Below are positions 48,786-56,129 of a stretch of DNA of 64,000 nucleotides, one piece after another (position 1 is the stretch's first letter; every line of letters begins with the position of its first letter). The notes under the pieces were generated by a model. It searched no databases. It was not told the DNA's origin and saw only the letters and a program-made list of their open reading frames with translations. The position numbers and the translations under genes are program-made. Source of the stretch: an uncultured virus (IMG/VR IMGVR_UViG_3300027828_000003) (taxonomy: Duplodnaviria; Heunggongvirae; Uroviricota; Caudoviricetes); the IMG/VR virus record IMGVR_UViG_3300027828_000003; one strand, given 5' to 3'.

Positions 48786-49454
48786 TTTGAGATCGAACGG
48801 TGGCGGCGTTTGGGAGATTTTGTGAATCCAGCCGCCGGGTTGCCAGTCCGGATCGTCTTTTGGCGCTTCCGGCATGATCAACTCCGCTTCCTCGCCGGAA
48901 TGCCTCTTGTACCCGAGCGGGACAGTTCCGTCTTTTCGGTCAAGCTGGATCGTCTTCACGACCTGATCGACCAGACCTGTCTTCTCGGCAAATGATCCGA
49001 AGAAATTCGCATAGGAGCGATAACCGGTCGGCGATATGAAAGGACGGTCGAAGTCGACCGCATGGGCGCTGAACCCCAAACCGAACAAACCCCGATAGTC
49101 GATCAACACACGGCATTCGAGGACATTCACAATGAACCGTCCCGGCTGACCGAACATTGGCACTTCGCCGCCACTGGATTGAATGGCGTCGATAATGCGA
49201 CCGTAGGCACCTTCCTTCGTGGCGATTGCGAAAATGGTGCCGTCATTCATGCGAACAGCCAGGTTTCGAACCTGTTCCAAGATCGCCACACCGGTCTCGC
49301 CGTCCCCATTGAGGACCGCTTGATCGTAACGGACAAGTTCGTCCCAGATCGCGGCGATCAGGTCGTCCTCATCCGTCGGTAGAGCGTCCAAGGCAGCGCG
49401 TTGCGCCCGTTCTGCGTCAGTGGGAAGGTCCATTCCCAAAGCAAGCTGTGTCAT
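48777..49454 (-). CDS. KlcB-like protein
   Basis: GEVPMFGQ.G.F..., HAVDFDRPFIS.TGYRS resembles IncP KlcB (recognised by eye). Confidence 0.6.
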   Translation of the reverse strand: MTQLALGMDLPTDAERAQRAALDALPTDEDDLIAAIWDELVRYDQAVLNGDGETGVAILEQVRNLAVRMNDGTIFAIATKEGAYGRIIDAIQSSGGEVPMFGQPGRFIVNVLECRVLIDYRGLFGLGFSAHAVDFDRPFISPTGYRSYANFFGSFAEKTGLVDQVVKTIQLDRKDGTVPLGYKRHSGEEAELIMPEAPKDDPDWQPGGWIHKISQTPPPFDLKPT

Positions 49455-49488
49455 ATTGGTCTCCGTGTTGCAGTTACGGTATCGGCTA

Positions 49489-49558
49489 CCGCGACGGCCA
49501 ACTTAACGCATGACGTTAAGTTGACCGTTTCGGCCCCGCCACGGGCCTCGTCAGGCGG
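49489..49558 (-). ncRNA. Hammerhead ribozyme, type I (GUC, cleavage after 49493)
   Basis: CCGC-CUGACGA-GGCCC GUGGCG GGGCC-GAAA-long stem III-UC-GCGG. Confidence 0.92.
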
Positions 49559-50369
49559 ATCCATGGTGTTGCGGAACCCGAAGCGGATTCGGGTATCCTT
49601 CCGGCAGGAACGGCTGAAGGTCTTTCTTGATGTAGTGCCGTGCCCCAAGCTCCTGCAGGAGCTCGATCATCCGGTGGGTATAGTCTTCCCAGTCGGTCGT
49701 TTTCGTCATGGACAGGTAGTTCACCCGCCCGACCTTGTAGAGATCGACGAATTCATGGGTTTCGCGAACGATTTCCATGCTGCTTTCGACATCCAGGGTC
49801 GGCTCGAGGCTGACCCAGGTGAAGATGCCGGCCGCATGAAAGGCCTTGATCGCTTCAATCCGATCTGCCGGCGCCGCGGCGTCGCGTTCCCATTTCCGGG
49901 AAAATCCTTCGTCGAGGCTGGTCAGTGTCGAGGCAAAAGCATCACGATCGCGTCGAAACAGGTCGATATCCCGCAACGCCCTGGTTCCACCCTTGGTCAA
50001 GGTGCAGAAGCCCAGACCATGATCCCGCAGGACGATCAGGGTTTCCCGGGTCAGCGAATTGTCGCCCGGGTGATACGGATCGGTCGTGAACGAGAGCATG
50101 ACCTGGCCCGTCAATCCGGCCGCCCTGTACTTCTTGGCGTCCTTGACGAGGTTGGCCATGTAGTTCTTGCGCGGCACCGCGCCGGCATCGAACTCTTTCC
50201 GGTCCTGCTTGGTGACGCGCGGCACATAGCAATAGGCGCATTTGTGCCCGCAGCCGCGATATGGGTTTGCGGCCAGTGGCGCATATTCTCCGGCCTGACC
50301 TTTCGGCGCGTAGATATGCGTGCATCCCTTCAGCGAAAGGCCATCGGGATTGATTGTTGGTGTATGCAT
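49551..50369 (-). CDS. Radical SAM protein (SPL-like)
   Basis: NPYRGCGHKCAYCY CxxxCxxC; TDPY; LTK; WVSLEP. Confidence 0.85.
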   Translation of the reverse strand: MHTPTINPDGLSLKGCTHIYAPKGQAGEYAPLAANPYRGCGHKCAYCYVPRVTKQDRKEFDAGAVPRKNYMANLVKDAKKYRAAGLTGQVMLSFTTDPYHPGDNSLTRETLIVLRDHGLGFCTLTKGGTRALRDIDLFRRDRDAFASTLTSLDEGFSRKWERDAAAPADRIEAIKAFHAAGIFTWVSLEPTLDVESSMEIVRETHEFVDLYKVGRVNYLSMTKTTDWEDYTHRMIELLQELGARHYIKKDLQPFLPEGYPNPLRVPQHHGSA

Positions 50370-50390
50370 TCAAATTCTCCATGTTGCACG

Positions 50391-50419
50391 ATAGTATGAG
50401 TTTAACTCATTATTGCGAA
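50391..50419 (-). promoter_or_regulatory. Putative promoter with operator ATGAGTTTAACTCAT (50396-50410)
   Basis: TTCGCA-N17-TACTAT on minus strand. Confidence 0.5.
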
Positions 50420-50637
50420 GATGCCAAAACATATGTAACTGCCTGCATCTTCACGATTTTCTTGGATAAACGATATGTCTACTTATAGCCCTATTGAATA
50501 CCTATTTAGAGAGCCTTCCTATTGACTATTCGGGCGACTTCCCCAATTAAGAAACATCCATGTTGCAGTGGATTTCACCGACCTTGATCGGTGCATCTAC
50601 ACCCGAGCCGGATCACTCCGCGCTCGGGTGTTGTGCA

Positions 50638-50943
50638 TCAGGACATCAGGTTGTCGAAATAGGCCTTCGCCGACTCGTAGTCGCGATATTGCCGACCGTG
50701 CTGCGCGCCACCCATTTCGAAGTGGACCGCATAATGGCCGTTCGTCCATCGCATCATCGAGCCGGCAGCATGCCAACCGGCAGTCACGGCCTTCAACTGA
50801 ACCTCTCGGCCGCCGAGCGCCTTTCTGGTTTCCAAAACGGTGATCTCCGGCCGCGGTTCAAGCCTGCTATTCGGCTCTTCAAGCAAGCACTTCCCTGCCG
50901 GGATGTACTTATCTCGAAAATGGACATTCGGGATTTCAAGCAT
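50638..50943 (-). CDS. Hypothetical protein
   Basis: Starts after shared RBS motif. Confidence 0.6.
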   Translation of the reverse strand: MLEIPNVHFRDKYIPAGKCLLEEPNSRLEPRPEITVLETRKALGGREVQLKAVTAGWHAAGSMMRWTNGHYAVHFEMGGAQHGRQYRDYESAKAYFDNLMS

Positions 50944-50969
50944 ATCGGTTCTCCATGTTGCAGTTGCGG

Positions 50970-51035
50970 TTTCCCACGACCGACCCCGCAGGGCCGGTTT
51001 CGGCCAGTCACCAACTGGCCTCGTCAGGCAGGAAA
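50970..51035 (-). ncRNA. Hammerhead ribozyme, type I (GUC, cleavage after 50978)
   Basis: UUUCCUGC-CUGACGA-GGCCAG UUGGUGA CUGGCC-GAAA-CCGGCCC UGCG GGGUCGG-UC-GUGGGAAA. Confidence 0.92.
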
Positions 51036-51452
51036 GTAGTCACAGGCGATCTGCTCGTCGGTGATCTCGAGTTCGAAGGTCGAACCCGGTTTGAGCTTTT
51101 CGGGCAGTTCGTCCAAATGGAAGACTTCGACGAAATCGTCGCCGCCGACCGCATCCCGGCTCCGTTCCCAGAACCCTGGATCATCAGGCGAATATCCGAG
51201 CGCGTAGACGACCTTCTTCTTGCCCGGCCGGTCCGGATCGAGCATGGCCGGGAAGCCATTCGATACCAAGTAGATGCCGTCGTCTTTGACGATCAACAAA
51301 CCCGGCTGTCCCAGTTTTTCCTCGCCGTCCTGGGGATCAATACTCCCGGTCAGGTCGAGACGTTCGCCGAAAGTCAGGCTATGTTCGTTCGAAGCGCGTG
51401 CATGCACCATCAACAAATTGACCGAGTCGGCAGGGAAACGAAGTTTCGTCAT
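51024..51452 (-). CDS. DUF3085-like protein
   Basis: L.VKDDGIYL.SNG, VYA.G..P, GGDDFVE. Confidence 0.7.
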   Translation of the reverse strand: MTKLRFPADSVNLLMVHARASNEHSLTFGERLDLTGSIDPQDGEEKLGQPGLLIVKDDGIYLVSNGFPAMLDPDRPGKKKVVYALGYSPDDPGFWERSRDAVGGDDFVEVFHLDELPEKLKPGSTFELEITDEQIACDYFPA

Positions 51453-51958
51453 TTCCTGTCCTCCTCGATCGACTGTTGGACGCCCGGCAGACGATAGATG
51501 TTCTCCGGATCCGTGTCCGACGCGTTGAAGTAGTCGATCTGCGCCTTGACCTCTTTGATGTCATCAGCCTCGTCCTCCTGCCACCGATAGCTATACCGGC
51601 GTTCCGTATCACCCTTCTCGGGCGGCACGAGGTAGACCGAAAATCCACCATACTTGAAGGCTTCGACCTCGCCGGCCGGCCGCCGCATGCTCGACATCAC
51701 GATCTCCGCGGCGCGTTTTTGACCGATCAGGAGAATGTCCCGGTTCAGTTCGTCCGCGTGCTGCGCCATCTCGTCGTAGCTATCGCCGTTGCACCAGAAC
51801 ACCGGTACAGGGTGGTAACCTGGCTCGTTCTCGACAGCGATACCGAGGCCGAACCCTTCAGATTTGGCAACCACTGGGACAAACGCCCAGTTCTTGCCGT
51901 CGACGACCGTAAAAAGGTCACATTCGGCCATGCCTTCCGTTGTCAATTGTTTCAGCAT
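51449..51958 (-). CDS. Hypothetical protein
   Basis: Starts after shared RBS motif; GIAVENEPGY. Confidence 0.6.
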   Translation of the reverse strand: MLKQLTTEGMAECDLFTVVDGKNWAFVPVVAKSEGFGLGIAVENEPGYHPVPVFWCNGDSYDEMAQHADELNRDILLIGQKRAAEIVMSSMRRPAGEVEAFKYGGFSVYLVPPEKGDTERRYSYRWQEDEADDIKEVKAQIDYFNASDTDPENIYRLPGVQQSIEEDRK

Positions 51959-51993
51959 TTCAGCTTCTCCATGTTGCAGTTACGGTAATGCAT

Positions 51994-52064
51994 ACCGCGA
52001 CCATCACCCCCGGCTGGCGCCGGGGGCTAGGTTTCGCCGGGATTGCACCGGCTCGTCAGGCGGC
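51994..52064 (-). ncRNA. Hammerhead ribozyme, type I (GUC, cleavage after 51999)
   Basis: GCCGC-CUGACGA-GCCGG UGCAAUC CCGGC-GAAA-CC..GCCCCCGGC GCCA GCCGGGGGU..GG-UC-GCGGU. Confidence 0.9.
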
Positions 52065-52469
52065 TTCTGCTTCTTCGGGCTGATGACCCTGCATGATGAT
52101 GTTCTGCAGCCATTGGGCCAGGAAATCGTTCTGGCCCTTCTTTTCCTTCGGATAGACCTTGCCCGGTTCGGGGTAGACCTCCCGGAAGGAGCTCAGGTAG
52201 TCCTGCTGAATGTGAAGGGCTTCCGCCATCTTCAGCTTCGGGACGACCGCGACCAGCATTTCGGGATCCGCCATGAGATCGCCGTTTTGCAGCCCATAGT
52301 GCGCCAGGGAGACCTTGACCCGGTCCTTCTCGCGCTCGACGACCTCGACGCACAGATCCATGAATCCGGACGCCTTCAACTTGGTGTGGAAGCCGACCTC
52401 ACGGTCCTCGATCCCCGGAATGATTTTCGTCAAACGGGCGTAGATCGTCTTGTAGATTTTGTGTTCCAT
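52056..52469 (-). CDS. DUF1249/DUF6908-like protein
   Basis: GFMDL.VE, SLAHY..QNGDLMADPEM, FL..WL.NI..QG. Confidence 0.7.
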   Translation of the reverse strand: MEHKIYKTIYARLTKIIPGIEDREVGFHTKLKASGFMDLCVEVVEREKDRVKVSLAHYGLQNGDLMADPEMLVAVVPKLKMAEALHIQQDYLSSFREVYPEPGKVYPKEKKGQNDFLAQWLQNIIMQGHQPEEAEAA

Positions 52470-52505
52470 CTCGAAATTCTCCATGTTGCAGTTACGGTAT
52501 TGGCT

Positions 52506-52562
52506 ACCGCGACCGGTCCCGAAGAACCGGTTTCGGCCCCGCCACGGGCCTCGTCAGGCGGC
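52506..52562 (-). ncRNA. Hammerhead ribozyme, type I (GUC, cleavage after 52511)
   Basis: GCCGC-CUGACGA-GGCCC GUGGCG GGGCC-GAAA-CCGGUUC UUCG GGACCGG-UC-GCGGU. Confidence 0.93.
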
Positions 52563-53027
52563 GTTCAATTCGCGATTGACGCGCGATCTGAAATCAATAA
52601 GAGCGGGCGCATATGCCTCGTGATAGTGCCCATGGTACCGGCCACCATCCTCGAGGTTCTGCCACCATGTCGCGTAGGGATGGCGCACGTTGTCGATGCA
52701 GCAGAGCAGAAAACGACCGGGGGCCGTCATTTGACCGTCTGGTGACGGGTGTTCCGCTACAATGAAGCCGGTCGACCCGGCGCCCTTGACCCCCTCGATA
52801 ATCGAGCCAGGGAACACGTATTTCGTCCGCTCCTGGATTTGAGCTTCGGAAACGCTGCCGACCTTTTCGAAGTCAATGCCCTTGTGGATGCACCACAGTT
52901 CGGCGATTTCCTCGACTTGGGTCTGATTTTCGCCCTCGATGTGCTTATGCAGCCAATTCGTGAAGCCGACCCCTGGCCCGCCGTGAACGGTCTCGGCCAG
53001 CTTGATCGACGCAAAATAGATCGTCAT
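52554..53027 (-). CDS. Hypothetical protein
   Basis: Starts after shared RBS; HPYATW....G...GHY. Confidence 0.6.
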   Translation of the reverse strand: MTIYFASIKLAETVHGGPGVGFTNWLHKHIEGENQTQVEEIAELWCIHKGIDFEKVGSVSEAQIQERTKYVFPGSIIEGVKGAGSTGFIVAEHPSPDGQMTAPGRFLLCCIDNVRHPYATWWQNLEDGGRYHGHYHEAYAPALIDFRSRVNRELNAA

Positions 53028-53058
53028 TAGATTCTCCCATGTTGCAGTTTGCGGACAT

Positions 53059-53127
53059 ACCGCGACCAGCCGTCGCACAACTTGCGACAACTGGTTTCGC
53101 CGGGATTGCACCGGCTCATCAGGCGGC
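53059..53127 (-). ncRNA. Hammerhead ribozyme, type I (GUC, cleavage after 53064)
   Basis: GCCGC-CUGAUGA-GCCGG UGCAAUC CCGGC-GAAA-CCAGUUGUCGCA AGUUG UGCGACGGCUGG-UC-GCGGU. Confidence 0.92.
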
Positions 53128-53601
53128 TTGATTGACCTGGCGCGGGTCGTTCCAGACCTGGGCGCCGGCGTCGACGTAAAGGCCGACGTAATGGTCAAGG
53201 GGACAGTGAGAAAACCCGTTGTAGGGTGGTGCGTCGGGTGTCACGCCTGTGATGAAAGACGGGCCGGAAATGACCAGATCGATCAGCTTTTCATGCGGTA
53301 TTTGACGCATATCGACCACAGGGACACCTAGACCTTTCAGAATGCTGGCGTAGGGCTCGCCCTCGCCATATCCTTCCAGTCGGCATCCTGAAACGCGCGT
53401 ATTGGCGTCTTCATAGTGGACTGTCCAGCCACCGTGGCCGATGGTCATCAAGACCGCCCGACGGATGGTCGCCAAACTCGACTTGATCGAAAAACGCTCC
53501 TTTGTCCGCGCCTCGATGTGTTTTCCGTTTTCCCGCAATTCCATGTGATACCACCAAGTTTTGGCATGGTGATTCAACTTTTTGTAAATGACGGTTCTCA
53601 T
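53119..53601 (-). CDS. Hypothetical protein
   Basis: Starts after shared RBS motif. Confidence 0.6.
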   Translation of the reverse strand: MRTVIYKKLNHHAKTWWYHMELRENGKHIEARTKERFSIKSSLATIRRAVLMTIGHGGWTVHYEDANTRVSGCRLEGYGEGEPYASILKGLGVPVVDMRQIPHEKLIDLVISGPSFITGVTPDAPPYNGFSHCPLDHYVGLYVDAGAQVWNDPRQVNQAA

Positions 53602-53646
53602 CGTGGACTCCGTGTTGCAGATGGCGAAATTGCCTAACGAATTCAG

Positions 53647-53687
53647 GAGAAAAGGCCGGGGGCGAGCGATGAATAAGCCCGCCCCCG
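53647..53687 (-). terminator. Putative intrinsic terminator after clamp-like gene
   Basis: CGGGGGCGGGC UUAUUCAUC GCUCGCCCCCG then GCCUUUUCUC. Confidence 0.5.
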
Positions 53688-53707
53688 ATTGATTGACCTA
53701 GTGAAGT

Positions 53708-54943
53708 TTAAGCGGCGATTGCTTCCGCCTGTTCGGCCGCCTTGGCTGCCTTACGGCCCCGATTGTTCCGGCCTTTGGTGGCCTTGGGGGCCTTCGTGGT
53801 CTCGGCCTTGGCAGCTGCCGGCGCCGTTTCGGGCTCCGGCTTGGCTTCCGGTTCCGCCTTGGGCTCGGGTTGCGGTTCCTGTTCCGGTTCCGCCGGTTCC
53901 GTGGTTTCTGGTTCGGACGTTTCCGGCTCCGTGGTTTCGGGTTCCGTTTCCGTCGTTTCCTCGCCAAGTTCCATCCCGAGCGGCTGCCCGTCGATCGCCT
54001 CGTCGCCACCCTGTTCGGGCGCGGGCAAGGCTTTCTCGCTCGTGCGAGCCATCAAGGCTTCAATCCGTTCCCGGTATTCGTCGGCCTTCGCGGAAAGCTT
54101 GGCCTTCTCAAGCGGGTCCGTCGTTTCGTCCGCCCATGCCTGATTGCGCGTTTGATGCGCCTTCAGAGCGGCGAGCGTCCGATTGACGGCCGGACTGATA
54201 AGACGTGCCGTCTCCGGCGCGATGCTTTGCTTGACCCTGACGGGCATCAGAATAAGCATCGCCCCCGGATATTCCGGAAACGTCGCCATGGCCGCTTCCG
54301 TCGCGGAATGGGCGTACAGGCTCACGTTTCCGTCCTTCCCGCCCAAGAGCTTCGCGATATCGCCAACGGATTTGAGATATTTTCCGTTGAACGACACCGG
54401 TTCGAAGTCCTTAGCGCGGGCGTCGTCTTTGTCCGTCACCCCGCCGGTCAGACTTTCCATGATCATTTGGTAATCAGGAAACGTGCCGGACACGATCGGG
54501 CACTTGATGCGCGCGTCTTGCTTGGCGTCCGTGAGGTACGCGCTCGACGCGTTCACCGCGTTCTCGATCTTGATCAGCTCATCCTCGCCGAGCTTCTGCA
54601 AAAGCTTCAGCTTGGGAGCGAGATTTTCGCTGTGCAGGATCGCGCCTTGTTCCAGCCATGCCGGGGCTTGCCCGACAAGCGGCTGAGTGGCGATGAACAA
54701 ACGGTGACCATCCGTGGCCACGGCCCGGATCCTGTCCTCGACGACATGGAAAAAGATTCCGTTGAGATAGTAGCGGGTCTCTTCCGTGCTGGCGCACGCC
54801 AAAGCGGCATGCATCAGGGTCGCCGGAAACAGGATCGATTCGGAGGCTCCGACCTCGACGGCCTGGGCGTTGTCGTCCTGGCGCGCGTTGTTCTCGGCTT
54901 CCGTGGTCTGTTCCGTGGTGGTGACGTGGTTTTGGTCAGTCAT
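53708..54943 (-). CDS. DNA polymerase III beta-clamp-like protein with acidic/Pro-rich tail
   Basis: EETRYYLNGI, AVATDGHRL, GTFPDY, FNGKYL, LMPVR. Confidence 0.75.
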   Translation of the reverse strand: MTDQNHVTTTEQTTEAENNARQDDNAQAVEVGASESILFPATLMHAALACASTEETRYYLNGIFFHVVEDRIRAVATDGHRLFIATQPLVGQAPAWLEQGAILHSENLAPKLKLLQKLGEDELIKIENAVNASSAYLTDAKQDARIKCPIVSGTFPDYQMIMESLTGGVTDKDDARAKDFEPVSFNGKYLKSVGDIAKLLGGKDGNVSLYAHSATEAAMATFPEYPGAMLILMPVRVKQSIAPETARLISPAVNRTLAALKAHQTRNQAWADETTDPLEKAKLSAKADEYRERIEALMARTSEKALPAPEQGGDEAIDGQPLGMELGEETTETEPETTEPETSEPETTEPAEPEQEPQPEPKAEPEAKPEPETAPAAAKAETTKAPKATKGRNNRGRKAAKAAEQAEAIAA

Positions 54944-54965
54944 TGGATTTTCTCCGTGTTGCAGT

Positions 54966-55335
54966 GTGACCGGCGGCGGATGCGCTGCCGGGGCCTAGTT
55001 TGAAAATGGCCTAAGCGGGCGCACCCTCGCGGGCGCGCCCAATGGAGAATCTGCAATGTGGAGAATGTCGTTATTCACAATGTCCGAGAACGGGACGAAA
55101 GCGGGCGGCGGCTGCCTGTCGCGTTGTGGAATGCCGGATAAACGGACTGGATACCGCCGCACCGGTCACTGCCTTCCCAGCCGATCCCGTAGGACCGTGC
55201 CACGTTCCGAAAGCCTTGACGCGAAGGCCTAGCCCAAAGGGCCAGAGCCGATCCCGATTCACGATGTCCAATAACCAGACCCGAGGGGCCTGACGGCGCT
55301 CTGACCGCCGCGCACGGCGCAGGCATTGCCCTAAC
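54966..55335 (-). ncRNA. Long structured 5' leader/putative sRNA containing antisense copy of the shared RBS motif
   Basis: About 370 nt with no credible ORF; several hairpins; AUUCUCCACAUUGCAG at 55066-55051. Confidence 0.55.
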
Positions 55336-55339
55336 CGAT

Positions 55340-55373
55340 ATGAGATAGTCTCATATTATGGGGTATAGTTCAA
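55340..55373 (-). promoter_or_regulatory. Promoter for the ribozyme-punctuated operon with overlapping operator
   Basis: TTGAAC-N17-(TGn)GACTAT; ATGAGATAGTCTCAT at 55340-55354. Confidence 0.6.
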
Positions 55374-55530
55374 GGCTTTTTATCGCAAACTCATATGGTT
55401 ATGGTTGGGCATTAATGAGCCGGTTTAAGGGCCGTTGGTGGCTGTAGGGGTATGTGAGGGGTAGACGTAGGGGTATGAGGTTGCGCGAATGTGGGGGCGT
55501 TAGAGAGGCTGTAGACCTGGCTTTGTATGA

Positions 55531-55801
55531 GGCAGGGAGAGAGAGCCGTAGGGGCTGGGCTGGGTGTAGGGACAGGGAGAGAGAGCCGTAGGGGCTGGGC
55601 CGGGTGTAGGGACAGGGAGAGAAGGCCGTAGGGGCTGGGCTGGGTGTAGGGACAGGGAGAGAGAGCCGTAGGGGCTGGGCTGGGTGTAGGGACAGGGAGA
55701 GAGAGCCGTAGGGGCTGGGCCGGGTGTAGGGACAGGGAGAGAGAGCCGTAGGGGCTGGGCCGGGTGTAGGGACAGGGAGAGAAGGCCGTAGGGGCTGGGC
55801 T
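55531..55801. repeat. Tandem array of 40-bp G-rich unit, about 6.8 copies
   Basis: GACAGGGAGAGA(GA/AG)GCCGTAGGGGCTGGGC(T/C)GGGTGTAGG at 40-nt period. Confidence 0.97.
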
Positions 55802-55835
55802 GATGGTGCCCGATGTGTTGGGGCTTGAGGTAGGG

Positions 55836-55869
55836 CAAAAGAAAAGGGCCCGCGCAGCGGCGGGCCCTT
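55836..55869 (-). terminator. Intrinsic terminator
   Basis: AAGGGCCCGC..GCGGGCCC UUUUCUUUUG. Confidence 0.8.
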
Positions 55870-55892
55870 GGTGGTGTAGGTGACGGCGCTTG

Positions 55893-56129
55893 TTAGGCGG
55901 CGGCTTCCAGGGTGCCCCCGGTCTCGAGCGTTTCAAGTTTCGCATAGAGCGGATTCAATTGCTTGGTCACAAGGCCCTTATCGTAGCCGGTCAAGGCGTC
56001 GCGGGTGCGTTCCAGCCGGGTGATGCGGGCCTTGGTGGCGGCGATCTGGTGGCCGATGGTGCCCTTGGTGGCGGCCGCCTTGGCGCCGGCGTTCAAACGG
56101 GTCTGGCTGTCGATGTTCACGTTACGCAT
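55893..56129 (-). CDS. Small hypothetical protein (early)
   Basis: Own promoter, shared RBS motif and terminator. Confidence 0.65.
   Translation of the reverse strand: MRNVNIDSQTRLNAGAKAAATKGTIGHQIAATKARITRLERTRDALTGYDKGLVTKQLNPLYAKLETLETGGTLEAAA

Noticed and set aside
55056..55232. Plus-strand short ORF using the inverted GGAG motifs as RBS
   Set aside because: No recognisable product or plus-strand promoter; an antisense role on the minus-strand leader fits better but is unproven.
55412..55945. 177-aa and 112-aa repetitive ORFs
   Set aside because: They are translations of the 40-bp tandem repeat, whose period is not a multiple of 3, and they have no clear RBS.
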